Source: Candidatus Kuenenbacteria bacterium
Lineage (GTDB): Bacteria; Patescibacteriota; Patescibacteriia; UBA11705; JABHMO01
Length of the DNA: 64,000 nt
Direction of reading: 5' to 3'
NCBI GenBank assembly: GCA_013202715.1
Contig: JABMRF010000023.1
Span: forward strand, 2,327 to 66,326
The notes under the pieces: generated by a model
What the model was told of the DNA's origin: nothing
What the model saw: only the letters and a program-made list of their open reading frames with translations
The model's database searches: none
Program-made: the position numbers and the translations under genes
Shown here: piece by piece, positions 46,631 through 56,522 of the stretch
How the letters are laid out: each line of letters begins with the position of its first letter
Numbering within the stretch: position 1 is the first letter of the stretch

Positions 46631-46930
46631 CTAATTAATCAAAACATCAGTTGATGGAACCTTTGCTACTTCAGCTAATTCTTCTGCATCTGCAGTCTCG
46701 CTATCAAAGCAAGTCTCACAGAGAAGAACCAGTTTTCTGATTTTCTCGTCAAAGGTCACGAGAAAATCACTATCCGGAACACAAAGAGCGACTTTATTAC
46801 ATCTACTACAGCGACAATATTTAAATCCGCGCTTTGCTCTGGCTTCACTTGAAATATCAGGTTGCCAAAAAGGATTTTTACGGGTGCCAACACCATCAGA
46901 AGATCGTTCTTGTTTTTCTTTTTTTGGCAT
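46631..46930 (-). CDS. Small Cys-rich (zinc-ribbon-like) hypothetical protein
   Basis: CRCSRCNKVALCVPD...LLCETCFD. Promoter TTGACA-17-TAAATT at 46969-46997 on the minus strand. Confidence 0.45.
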   Translation of the reverse strand: MPKKEKQERSSDGVGTRKNPFWQPDISSEARAKRGFKYCRCSRCNKVALCVPDSDFLVTFDEKIRKLVLLCETCFDSETADAEELAEVAKVPSTDVLIN

Positions 46931-47048
46931 TACAACCTCACTGCCTATGCACTGTTACCACAGATATAAATTTAGCTCAAATTAATGGCTTTGTCAAGTC
47001 TATTTTCTGATAAAAAAGAGCCAGTCGTTGACTAGCTCATTATTCATT

Positions 47049-47480
47049 TTACCTTTTAACCTCTTTTGTTTTATCAATTACAAGTACATGTGGCTGAATA
47101 TAATGGTATTCCACTACTTCATAAACCTTGTACCTGACCTTCCCCTTTTTTTTATCCAACTCCGTTGACTCATACTCCAAGATGTATTTCGGAAGATAAG
47201 CTAACTCTTCATACTCGAACAGCTTAACCATTACCGAAATTGGGCTCAGCTTACCAAACGGAGCTGAACATTCAACTTCGACTTTTGCTTCCTTGCCAAA
47301 TTCTTTTTTAGCAAATTTCCAGGCTTTCTCTCTGGCTTTCTCCATAAGACCACTGAGTCGCTGAATCATCTTTGTATCAGAATCACACGGAAACCCCGTC
47401 GGGCAAATCATCAACGCCTTTGCCTCTGCCGCAAAACCCATCACCAAAACCATCGCCAAAATTCCAATCAGCTTTTTCAT
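47049..47480 (-). CDS. Secreted hypothetical protein
   Basis: Signal peptide MKKLIGILAMVLVMGFAAEA, strong SD gaggagg, promoter TTGACA-17-TAAAGT at 47529-47557. Confidence 0.55.
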   Translation of the reverse strand: MKKLIGILAMVLVMGFAAEAKALMICPTGFPCDSDTKMIQRLSGLMEKAREKAWKFAKKEFGKEAKVEVECSAPFGKLSPISVMVKLFEYEELAYLPKYILEYESTELDKKKGKVRYKVYEVVEYHYIQPHVLVIDKTKEVKR

Positions 47481-47610
47481 TTTTCATCCTCCTCTAAAAT
47501 TAGAACCTTAAAAAACTGACCCTTTCACACTTTAACTTATATTCTTTAAGATGTCAATCTATTTTCACAACCAAAAGAACGCCACTTCCGCAACGTCCTT
47601 CATATCTTTT

Positions 47611-47655
47611 TCCGCGTCAATCCGCGTTAGATCCGCGTTAATCCGCGGTATTAAC
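47611..47655. promoter_or_regulatory. Array of four ATCCGCG units at 10-11-bp spacing
   Basis: ttccgcgtca|atccgcgttag|atccgcgttaa|tccgcggtatt. Lies ~60-100 nt upstream of the 47049..47480 promoter and overlaps the 3' end of 47638..48780. Confidence 0.5.
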
Positions 47656-48780
47656 GATTACAATATTAATATGATCTTTCAGCTTTGGAACTTTTTTCAC
47701 CCAGAATGGTGATAGTTCAACTGAAACTGATTCAATTTCACTATAATTTGCCAAATACAGTTCAACTCCCTTTGGACTAAGGCCAACCATTTTATCTTTT
47801 TGGAAAATCTGACTATCTGCTTTAATAACCGCTTCACCTGCTACATGAACTTTAACATTGGCCGTTTTTTTCTCATTATCAAAATTCTGAACTTTGTATG
47901 AAAACTTATCCATACTTAAGTTGAGCAATTCCTGTCCCTGTGGAACGACCTGCTGTAGTCTGTCTCCAGCCATCTCAACTACTTTATTCGGATCAAGACC
48001 GATCATGACCAGTTGGAGCTTTGAGCTGACTTCAAATGTATCCTGCTGTGCGCCAACTTCAGCGTCAACCGTTTCTTCAACTACAGTTTTTGAGACAACC
48101 AGGGTTACATAATCCATACTTGGAAGCTGTTTCTTGAACTCTTCAATTCCTTTGTTATATAAAACCTCTGTTAAATCAGTTTTTGCTTTTTTAATATCAG
48201 CATCCTGAATAATTTTCACAGAATCGCCAGTGCTTTTCAATACTCCCTTGCTTTCAGCAAAGACTTGTGACTGTAATCCTTCCCAAAGACCCGGAATTGT
48301 AAACTTGGTTGGCTGCAATTCGTCAAAAGAATTGGGGTCATCAGCATAAACGTCCGCCTCAAGTTGTCCATTTGCCGGAATGTTCACACTTTCCATTAAT
48401 CTTATCAAAATACCATCAGCAGTCAGCAGTCGCGTGGTTTTTACCAAACTCTGCGCATCTGCTCTTTGGTTAATTAAAGTCACTTTACCAATCGCGTTTC
48501 CTTCTAAAATCATCGTGCCGGTAGCTACGCCGTTTCCTGCTCCTTCGACTTCAGTTTCAAACAACACTCCCTGAAGAGCACTCCCCTCAACTGCGCCGTC
48601 ACTGACCACATCAGAAACAAAATCAGTTTCTACAGATGATCCAATTGGCTGAACCTTGATAACTGCCCGACTGGCTGAAAAATATAAAATTATACCGACC
48701 AGCAAAACCGTTACAATAACAAAACCTAAAACTATCTTTTTGTACCCCTCCGCTACTCTTGAGTGCTTCTTAATATACAT
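47638..48780 (-). CDS. Membrane-anchored hypothetical protein
   Basis: 380 aa with an N-terminal TM (IVLGFVIVTVLLVGIILYF). No recognisable domain. Confidence 0.55.
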   Translation of the reverse strand: MYIKKHSRVAEGYKKIVLGFVIVTVLLVGIILYFSASRAVIKVQPIGSSVETDFVSDVVSDGAVEGSALQGVLFETEVEGAGNGVATGTMILEGNAIGKVTLINQRADAQSLVKTTRLLTADGILIRLMESVNIPANGQLEADVYADDPNSFDELQPTKFTIPGLWEGLQSQVFAESKGVLKSTGDSVKIIQDADIKKAKTDLTEVLYNKGIEEFKKQLPSMDYVTLVVSKTVVEETVDAEVGAQQDTFEVSSKLQLVMIGLDPNKVVEMAGDRLQQVVPQGQELLNLSMDKFSYKVQNFDNEKKTANVKVHVAGEAVIKADSQIFQKDKMVGLSPKGVELYLANYSEIESVSVELSPFWVKKVPKLKDHINIVIVNTAD

Positions 48781-48924
48781 AGAGAAAATAAGGCGAAACG
48801 AGGCGGAACAGGATAACAGGACTCAAAAGACTTTTGCCTTGTAAACCCGTTCCCTTGTATAGCCATGTATAGCCTTGTTTTATTATATTTCCATTTTAAC
48901 AGAATTCCGGGGAAATGCAACAAC

Positions 48925-48999
48925 TCAAGTCAAAAGTCTTGAGTCAATAGTCTAGAGTCGTCTCACAACTCTTGACTTTTGACTTTTGACTCTAGACTG
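48925..48999. repeat. Palindromic intergenic element (MITE-like family), overlaps the dnaE stop
   Basis: caagtcaaaagtcttgagtcaatagtctagagtcgtctcacaactcttgacttttgacttttgactctagactg, with a perfect inverted agtctagagtc/gactctagact. Confidence 0.75.
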
Positions 49000-51900
49000 C
49001 CTTCACCGCTCCGAGTCCCAACAGTTCCTCAATCTTTGCTTTGCTTTCACCGTTAATATCGATCTGAAAATTTGTTTTTACAAGTTTATCTTCAATTTTC
49101 AAAATGACCTGGTACCGACCTGGGATACCCATGAAAAGCATTTTGACTCTATTGGCAAATTCATGAGTTGCGCCGGAAGGATAATTTATTATTGCTCGCG
49201 GAAGATTTGCTCGCCTTCCACCTGAACCGAAACGCGGTCGAGGTGCTGCCGGAGCCGAACCTGTAAGTTCGTGAATAACTGCATCTAAATTTTCATCTTC
49301 GATCGTCCAAACATTATTTGCTAATATTTTTATTTCTTCATCCTTGTCAGAAATAGTTCCTTCAATAATCATTATTTTCCCTTCTTTCCAAACACCTTCA
49401 TATTGTTTGTACAATCTAGGAAAAATCAAAACTTCCACAGCCTTCAGAGAGTCTGCCAAAGTAAGGAACACCATCGGATCACCTTTTTTCGTTGTAATTT
49501 TCTTGAGAGTTGAAACCACGCCACCAATTCGGACAACTTCCCCACCCTTGTCAGTACTCAAATCAGACAAAGGAACTATTATACCGGACAACTGATTTTG
49601 ATAATTTTTAAATGGATGCTCTGAGACATAGAGGCCCAAAAATTCTTTTTCCCAGGCCAAAATCTGTTTTTGGCCAATATCTTTTGCATCGCGCAAGAGA
49701 AGTCGAGGCATACTGCCTTCGGAATCTCCATTTAGACTAAAAATATTTATTTGTTTCGTGGCTTTGCTTGCCTCGATTTCTTTGACAAACAAAATCATTT
49801 TATCAACATTTTCCAAAAGTTTGCTCCGCCTGCCAAAAATATCCATCGCCCCACTTTTGATCAAGCCCTCCAAAGACTTTTTATTCAAAGCTCTATTTCC
49901 AATCCTACTCAAAAAACCTTCTATCTTTTCGTACGGACCGTTTTCTTTTCGTTCATGAATAATTTCTTTGGCCACATTTTCTCCTACATTTCGAATTGCG
50001 TTCAGACCAAACCTGATCCTTGGCTTTTCTTCTGCCAGAGACTCCGCCACTACAGTGAAGGTTGAAAAACTTTCATTAACACTTGGCGGCATGATCTCAA
50101 TTCCCATTTGCTGACATTCGTCAATTTCAATTGCGACTCGGTCAAAATTTCCCTGATCTGAAGTTAGAAGAGAAGCCATGAATTCAGTCGGATAATTTGC
50201 CTTCAAATATGCGGTTTGATAAGCAATCAGCGCATAACACGCGGCATGTGATTTATTAAAACCATATTCAGCAAATTTTTCCATGGCCAAAAAGGTTTGC
50301 TGGGCAATTTCTTTGCTAATACTATTTTTCTGACATCCATCAATAAAAACCACCTTCATTTTTTCCATCAACTCTGCGATTTTTTTACCCATCGCTTTGC
50401 GCAGAGTGTCAGCCTGCCCGCCTGTAAATCCGGCCATATCTTTGGAAAGTTGCATCACCTGTTCCTGATATACAATTACGCCATGAGTATTTTTGAGTGC
50501 GCTCTCCATGAGTGGATGAAAATATGAAATGCTTTTTAAACCATGTTTTCTGGAAATAAACTCGTCAACCATACCTGAATTTAGAGGTCCCGGTCGATAC
50601 AGAGAAACCATAGCAATCAGATCTTCAAATTCAGTTGGCTTCAATTGACGAAGATATTTTTTCATTCCACTGGATTCAAACTGAAAAACGCCAGTAGTGT
50701 AACCGTCCCGAAATAATTTGTACGCTTTCGGATCATCTATCAGCAAATCATCAATATTTATTTTTTTACCATGTATTTTTTCAATAATGTCACACGCCCT
50801 CTCAATAATTGTTAGATTTTTCAAACCCAAAAAATCCATTTTTAACAACCCCAAGTCTTCCACGGGATGAAGTGAGTATTGAGTAATGATCGCTTCTTCC
50901 TGATCACGCGCATACTGAACTGGGCAATAATTTGTAATTTCTTCACGTGTAATAACCACGCCACAGGCGTGGGTAGACGAATGACGAGCAACGCCCTCCA
51001 ATTTTCTAGCAAAATCCAAAAGTCGTTTGGCATCATCACTACTTTCGTAAAGTTGTTTGACTTCCACGACCTTGGTTATAGCTTCGCTCAGCTTTGTGCC
51101 CATTGGAATTAATTTTGAGATCTTGTCACAAAAAGTATAAGGCATATCCAGAACACGCCCTACATCGCGGACTGCAGCACGCGCAGCCATTGTTCCGAAA
51201 GTTATAATCTGCGCCACATGATTTTTGCCATATTTTTCTTCTACATATTGCAAAACTTCCTCTCTCCTCTCGTCAGCAAAATCAATATCAATATCAGGCA
51301 TAGAAATTCGATCCGGATTCAAAAACCGCTCAAACAATAATTCATATTTCAGCGGTTCTAAGTTTGTCACGCCCAAAAGATAAGAAATAATACTACCGGC
51401 AGCTGATCCACGGCCCGGTCCTACGACGATGCCCTTGCTTTTTGCCCATCTAATAAAGTCGTAAACAATTAAAAAGTATGATGAATAGCCGGTGCGCTGA
51501 ATAACACTAAGTTCAAACTCAGCCCGGTCAATTACTTTTTTTTCAAATTCACCTAACTGCTCTTTTTTGTAATCAAAATCATACCTTCGGGAAATGTTGC
51601 TATAACAAAGATCCCGCAAGTATTCAAAATCCGTTTTTCCTTTCGGAACTTCAAAATGAGGTAGTTGAATTTCACCAAGCGGAATTTCCAAACTGCATTT
51701 TGCCGCAACTTTATTTGTGTTTTCTAAAACCTCTAGATTGCCACGAAAGTTATCTGCCATCTGCTGGTAAGTATACAGGGAAAAATCCTCACCAAGGTAA
51801 CTCATTCGATCTTTATCGGTGATAACTTTTTTTGTTTGCAGACAGATAAGAATATCGTGCGCTTCTGCATCTTCTGAATTTAGATAATGAGTGTCGTTTG

Positions 51901-52507
51901 TGGCCACTATCGGGATATCAAGCTTTTTTCCAAGTTCAAATATCTTATTATTAACAATTTTTTGCTCCGGAATGTTTGGGTGATGCTGAACTTCCAGAAA
52001 AAAATTATCTTTTCCAAAAACATTCAGATATTTCTTTATTACCAGTTCAATTTTTTCATCTTCAAGTCCGTTTTTTATTGCTGATGGAATCTCCCCTGCC
52101 AGACAAGCTGATAAAGCAATGATACCGGTACTATATTTTCGTAAAAGCTCCCAGTCAATTCTTGGCTTGTAATAAAATCCTTCCAAATGAGCAAAAGAAG
52201 TCAATTTAATCAGATTTTTATACCCTTCATAATCTTTTGCCAATAAAATCAAATGATGACGCTTTTCATCACCGGCATCTTTTTTCTTGCGGTCATTAAC
52301 AATATACGATTCAACACCGACAATTGGTTTAATTCCTGCGGCTTTGCATTTTTGATAAAACTCAATCGCGCCGTACATCACACCATGATCAGTTAGTGCC
52401 AGAGCTGTCATGCCTTCTTCTTTTGCTTTATTAACAAGGTCGTCGATCTTGATCAGACCGTCGAGCAAAGAATAGTGGCTATGGACATGGAGAGGAGTAT
52501 ATTTCAT
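48992..52507 (-). CDS. dnaE: DNA polymerase III alpha subunit
   Basis: PHP domain MKYTPLHVHSHYSLLDG..., polymerase core, 1171 aa. Confidence 0.97.
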   Translation of the reverse strand: MKYTPLHVHSHYSLLDGLIKIDDLVNKAKEEGMTALALTDHGVMYGAIEFYQKCKAAGIKPIVGVESYIVNDRKKKDAGDEKRHHLILLAKDYEGYKNLIKLTSFAHLEGFYYKPRIDWELLRKYSTGIIALSACLAGEIPSAIKNGLEDEKIELVIKKYLNVFGKDNFFLEVQHHPNIPEQKIVNNKIFELGKKLDIPIVATNDTHYLNSEDAEAHDILICLQTKKVITDKDRMSYLGEDFSLYTYQQMADNFRGNLEVLENTNKVAAKCSLEIPLGEIQLPHFEVPKGKTDFEYLRDLCYSNISRRYDFDYKKEQLGEFEKKVIDRAEFELSVIQRTGYSSYFLIVYDFIRWAKSKGIVVGPGRGSAAGSIISYLLGVTNLEPLKYELLFERFLNPDRISMPDIDIDFADERREEVLQYVEEKYGKNHVAQIITFGTMAARAAVRDVGRVLDMPYTFCDKISKLIPMGTKLSEAITKVVEVKQLYESSDDAKRLLDFARKLEGVARHSSTHACGVVITREEITNYCPVQYARDQEEAIITQYSLHPVEDLGLLKMDFLGLKNLTIIERACDIIEKIHGKKINIDDLLIDDPKAYKLFRDGYTTGVFQFESSGMKKYLRQLKPTEFEDLIAMVSLYRPGPLNSGMVDEFISRKHGLKSISYFHPLMESALKNTHGVIVYQEQVMQLSKDMAGFTGGQADTLRKAMGKKIAELMEKMKVVFIDGCQKNSISKEIAQQTFLAMEKFAEYGFNKSHAACYALIAYQTAYLKANYPTEFMASLLTSDQGNFDRVAIEIDECQQMGIEIMPPSVNESFSTFTVVAESLAEEKPRIRFGLNAIRNVGENVAKEIIHERKENGPYEKIEGFLSRIGNRALNKKSLEGLIKSGAMDIFGRRSKLLENVDKMILFVKEIEASKATKQINIFSLNGDSEGSMPRLLLRDAKDIGQKQILAWEKEFLGLYVSEHPFKNYQNQLSGIIVPLSDLSTDKGGEVVRIGGVVSTLKKITTKKGDPMVFLTLADSLKAVEVLIFPRLYKQYEGVWKEGKIMIIEGTISDKDEEIKILANNVWTIEDENLDAVIHELTGSAPAAPRPRFGSGGRRANLPRAIINYPSGATHEFANRVKMLFMGIPGRYQVILKIEDKLVKTNFQIDINGESKAKIEELLGLGAVKAV

Positions 52508-52591
52508 AATATAATTCAGATAGTTATCAAGGTCATTTTAGCACAGAATTTGCGTTCTCCAAAATCGGGAGTTATCCACCTTCATTAATCC

Positions 52592-52701
52592 AAAAGGGGG
52601 CTCCATAGTCCTGTTCGGAGCGAAGCGGAGAATTACTTTAAAGGGGGCTCCATAGTCCTGTTCGGAGTGAAACGGAGAACAGGCTGTGGAGCCCCCTTTT
52701 T
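52592..52701. repeat. Duplicated half-site plus ~20-bp-stem hairpin upstream of dnaE
   Basis: gggggctccatagtcctgttcggag occurs twice (52596-52620, 52644-52668). The second copy pairs with gaacaggctgtggagccccc (52676-52696), followed by ttttt. Confidence 0.6.
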
Positions 52702-52775
52702 GAAAACTTTGTGTGGCTTTTTGAGTTTCATGCAAACAAAAAATCGCCCGAATTTTCGAGCGACCAATTTCAAAT

Positions 52776-53189
52776 TTACTGTTTTTCAACCGTTAAAATC
52801 AATCCGGCTGTGAAGGTACGTTCATTAACGTTCACATCAATTTTGGCGAATGAGATCACTTTATAATGTTTCCCAACTTCGATCAATGCTTTGGCCAAGA
52901 TTTCACGACAGTCCTTTCCCCAATAAAGAGAATCATAACCCGGCCATACATAAAAATCATTGTATCCGCATTTGATTATGTTCGCATTGACAAAGGCCAA
53001 GCCGTCATGATATTCAACTGTATACTGCGGCATGCTCTTCTGCCGATCAAGTCGCTCTTGCTTTTCCTGCTCTACCATTTCCTTCTGCTGTTGCTTCTCT
53101 TCTCGCTGAGCGATTTCATCTTCTGTTAAGTCTCGACAACCGCTGAGAGTAAAACAAATCATCAACGCAAGATATAGCCATTTTTTCAT
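52776..53189 (-). CDS. Lipoprotein (hypothetical)
   Basis: MKKWLYLALMICFTLSGC lipobox. Start set at that Met. Confidence 0.55.
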   Translation of the reverse strand: MKKWLYLALMICFTLSGCRDLTEDEIAQREEKQQQKEMVEQEKQERLDRQKSMPQYTVEYHDGLAFVNANIIKCGYNDFYVWPGYDSLYWGKDCREILAKALIEVGKHYKVISFAKIDVNVNERTFTAGLILTVEKQ

Positions 53190-53199
53190 TTTAACACCT

Positions 53200-53421
53200 C
53201 TATTCGTCCGCTGCGATAACATCTTGTGTTGTCACAGAGTCTGTTGTTGATTGAACTTGCTCAATTGATTGAGCATCTGTGTCTTTCAACGTAACTTCAA
53301 TATGATAGGCAACGGCAAACACTGTCATTATGATTGCTACAAAAATGAGAACTAACATTGTAAGAACAAAACCAAAGTTCTCAAAAATTTTCTTTAAATC
53401 AAATTTTTTCCTTTCCGGCAT
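53200..53421 (-). CDS. Small single-TM protein (hypothetical)
   Basis: 73 aa with TM helix GFVLTMLVLIFVAIIMTVFAVAY. Confidence 0.4.
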   Translation of the reverse strand: MPERKKFDLKKIFENFGFVLTMLVLIFVAIIMTVFAVAYHIEVTLKDTDAQSIEQVQSTTDSVTTQDVIAADE

Positions 53422-53539
53422 CTTTTTCTCCTCTCATTAGCTAAAATTCAAAGATCAACCTCAATAGATCAATTTAGCAGACAATACATATTTTGTCAAC
53501 CTGTATACGAATTTTTGTCTTAAATTTACAAAAAAAAAA

Positions 53540-53568
53540 CAGACATATATGTCTATTTTTTTAACTTT
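53540..53568. terminator. Bidirectional terminator hairpin
   Basis: aaaaaaaaacagacatatatgtctattttttt. Confidence 0.6.
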
Positions 53569-53600
53569 CGACTTTTGACTCTAGACTCTAGACTATTCCA
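53565..53600. repeat. Half-copy of the MITE-like palindromic element
   Basis: ctttcgacttttgactctagactctagact. Confidence 0.5.
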
Positions 53601-55566
53601 GCCAAACCGTAAATACCTGATCTTTGGTTAAAACCTCAACGTGCTTCAAGTTATTCTTGTTGATATGCAAACCCTTATCTTTGGAAAGTATTCTCTGCTG
53701 AAAATTAAGGTCCAGCTGGAGATTCATTTTCATAATCCCGGGCTGTTTTTGGACAAGCAGAGAATATTCTTTTTCACTCAAAACTGAATTCGGCAGTTTA
53801 TATTTCCAGCTTATAACTTTTGAGCTTTGCGGTTCCACTTCGAAAAATAGTCCGTAAGCAGCTTTGTTAAACTGGTGCTCTTCTGTAATATCTTCTACCA
53901 GATTTAATTCCTTACTGCCGGCCTTGACTGAAATCAGCTCACTTCCTTCCGGTACATACAAACGAGTGAAACTTCGGTAACGAGTTGTTTTCCAGCTGAA
54001 CGTTCCCAGATTTTGATAATTAACATTTGTGGTGGCGATCAATTCACCCATTTCATTTTGCTCGATCTGATGGAGCATGGTTCGATCCATCACTGAGTCA
54101 GTTTTCAGAGCTGCCAAGTTCGCATCCACAAGCATTACATAGTCACCTACAAAAGATTGATTCACTTCACCGGCCCAGCCATTTTCAAGAGCCATAGCTT
54201 GCAGTTTGGGTTCATTAAAGTAGAGCATCATCTGCTTTTCTGTAACTTGCTCAGAAATTATATCAATCAATTCTGGCCACTGATCCATTGGTAATGTAAA
54301 TAAACGAGTAATGATCTGCTGGCCAAGGTCGCCGATAATATCTTTTCTCTCATCGGTCGGAATTCCTTGTTTATAATATCCATATTCCACTTGATATTGA
54401 AGTTGCTCCCAGAAATTTTCTTTGTTAAATGTTAATTCCGCAACTTTGAAATCACCAAGAACGCCGAGCATCTCCTCAATCACCGTTGGTGTAATAGCAA
54501 TCACACCATCAAGCTCTTCCGGCCCGCCCTGTTTCTTATAAAACCACTCAACTTTTTCCGCTGAATATGGAAAATCCGGCCACCAGTTTGAATCACGAAA
54601 ATACCAGTGCGGTTGGTTCATAAATTCTTTCATTGGTTCCGGTGATGGGATTCGAATCTTGTCATGAATTGGTTTGTCAAAATTGTAACTGTTGTCGGTA
54701 AAAAAATTCTTTATCTCTGCATTTTCAATATTTAAAATCCCGTATGTGCCAATAAATCCACCGGCCGGTCTCATCTCACGATTGTTTTCCAAAATGAATA
54801 GGTAAGTTTTTTCTTCTGGATAGCCTGAGAAGGCAGGTAAAAGTTTTGCCACGGTAACTAAGTTGCCAAAAGCTTTTTCAGTTTTTGGAATCTTCTGCTG
54901 AAGTGGATTGATCACCTGATCAAAAATAAACAAAGGCTGATGTCTGTTAATTTCCTTTAATTTATTTGAGGCAACTTCAAAGTCTTTTTGCACGCTTTGC
55001 AGTTCATCCACTGAATTTGTTAGAATTTTTAATATTTGAGCCTTTTTTTCAGGAGTAATGTCCAGCCAGACCAGAGTTTTACTTTGCAGGGTATCATTAA
55101 TTTCCTCACCTATATCAGTTAAGTTTTTTAATGAGCCAGCTAAAAGTTCTCCAATGGAAAATATTTCCTGCGCTACTATCAACTGATCTTTTGCCAATTC
55201 GTTTTTGAACACTGCAGCTTTGCTCGCCATATCAAGCCCAAGATTTGCATCCGCAAAATTATCCTTGGCCAGCTGAAGCTCCTCTGCCGCCAAATCAAAT
55301 TTTTGCTCGCCAATGAACTTTTCCGCAGCCATCAGATGATTCTGACCTTCCATTCCATGTGCGTAAACCGTTTTCAGAGACGCATAATACGGCGCCAAAG
55401 AGATTCCAGCTGCAGCACCCACCACTATTGCCAAAACTAAACAAAGCACAATCAAGTATGGCAAAAGTTTCAGCGGGATCAACAAAATCTGGCCCACAGT
55501 TACTGCGTGCTTTTTGTAATCCTTTTTTTCCTGCTGAATGAAGTTTTGTTTTTCACCATCGATCAT
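53593..55566 (-). CDS. DUF4012-like membrane-anchored protein (cell-envelope associated)
   Basis: N-terminal TM, large coiled region, motif ENNREMRPAGGFIGTYG. DUF4012 assignment is recalled, not searched. Confidence 0.55.
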   Translation of the reverse strand: MIDGEKQNFIQQEKKDYKKHAVTVGQILLIPLKLLPYLIVLCLVLAIVVGAAAGISLAPYYASLKTVYAHGMEGQNHLMAAEKFIGEQKFDLAAEELQLAKDNFADANLGLDMASKAAVFKNELAKDQLIVAQEIFSIGELLAGSLKNLTDIGEEINDTLQSKTLVWLDITPEKKAQILKILTNSVDELQSVQKDFEVASNKLKEINRHQPLFIFDQVINPLQQKIPKTEKAFGNLVTVAKLLPAFSGYPEEKTYLFILENNREMRPAGGFIGTYGILNIENAEIKNFFTDNSYNFDKPIHDKIRIPSPEPMKEFMNQPHWYFRDSNWWPDFPYSAEKVEWFYKKQGGPEELDGVIAITPTVIEEMLGVLGDFKVAELTFNKENFWEQLQYQVEYGYYKQGIPTDERKDIIGDLGQQIITRLFTLPMDQWPELIDIISEQVTEKQMMLYFNEPKLQAMALENGWAGEVNQSFVGDYVMLVDANLAALKTDSVMDRTMLHQIEQNEMGELIATTNVNYQNLGTFSWKTTRYRSFTRLYVPEGSELISVKAGSKELNLVEDITEEHQFNKAAYGLFFEVEPQSSKVISWKYKLPNSVLSEKEYSLLVQKQPGIMKMNLQLDLNFQQRILSKDKGLHINKNNLKHVEVLTKDQVFTVWLE

Positions 55567-55688
55567 ACTTTTAACTTTTACCTTTCAACTTTTAACTTCT
55601 TCCATTATAGCAACATTTCTAACAAAAAAACAGGATTCTCCCCTGTTTTTATATTTTTGTATTTAATTGTGGTTTTTCACTTTGCATT

Positions 55689-56483
55689 TTACATTTTAAT
55701 ACCTTTCCACTTGAGCATATACTTCATCCAGCTGGAAATATGAATCCTGGTCAACTTATTAAACAAAGCGTTAACACCACCGCTATCCGCTGACTGTCTG
55801 CGATGCAAATGAATCACTTCCGCATCAGACAAATAAACATTTTTGTATCCGGCCTTTCTAATTCGACGACACAAATCTGTATCTTCGAAATACATAAAAA
55901 AACGGTCATCAAAAACACCGACTTCATCAATAACTTTTTTCGGAACTAACAAACATGAACCCTGGATCCAGTCAACCTGCCGAGTCGTGGCATGATCCCA
56001 GTCTTGCATTAAAAATCGACTTAATTCTTTTTTAGCCCAGAATAATTTGCCAAGAAAAGTTCTTCTGTAAATCGGGGTCAAAAAATTGTGCCAGCGGTAA
56101 CAAGTGTACTGCAGGCTTTTGTCAGGATTTAGTAATCGCGGAGCAACAAGCCCGACATCAGGCTTTTCATTGATATAGTTATAAAGTTTTTGCAGTGAAT
56201 CCTTTACCACAAAAATATCAGGATTCAAAATCAGAACGTGTTTTCCTTGAGCCTCTTTAATTCCGGCGTTATTTCCTGCGCCCATTCCAAGATTTGCACC
56301 GGTCTGAATAAATCTAACTTGCGGATATTTTTCAGACAACATTTTTTCAATTTCATCATTTGAATTGTTATCAACCACAATTACTTCATAAGGAACATCA
56401 AATTCAGATTCCAAAATGGACTTGATGCAATTCTTCACCAAGCCTCTCATTTTATAATTTAGAATGATAATCGATAGTTCCAT
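55689..56483 (-). CDS. Family 2 glycosyltransferase
   Basis: MELSIIILNYKMRGLVKNCIKSIL...VIVVDNNSND...LNPD (GT-A fold with DxD). Confidence 0.85.
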   Translation of the reverse strand: MELSIIILNYKMRGLVKNCIKSILESEFDVPYEVIVVDNNSNDEIEKMLSEKYPQVRFIQTGANLGMGAGNNAGIKEAQGKHVLILNPDIFVVKDSLQKLYNYINEKPDVGLVAPRLLNPDKSLQYTCYRWHNFLTPIYRRTFLGKLFWAKKELSRFLMQDWDHATTRQVDWIQGSCLLVPKKVIDEVGVFDDRFFMYFEDTDLCRRIRKAGYKNVYLSDAEVIHLHRRQSADSGGVNALFNKLTRIHISSWMKYMLKWKGIKM

Positions 56484-56522
56484 GATTTAGTGATTAGAGA
56501 ATAGTGAATAGAGATTAGGAAA

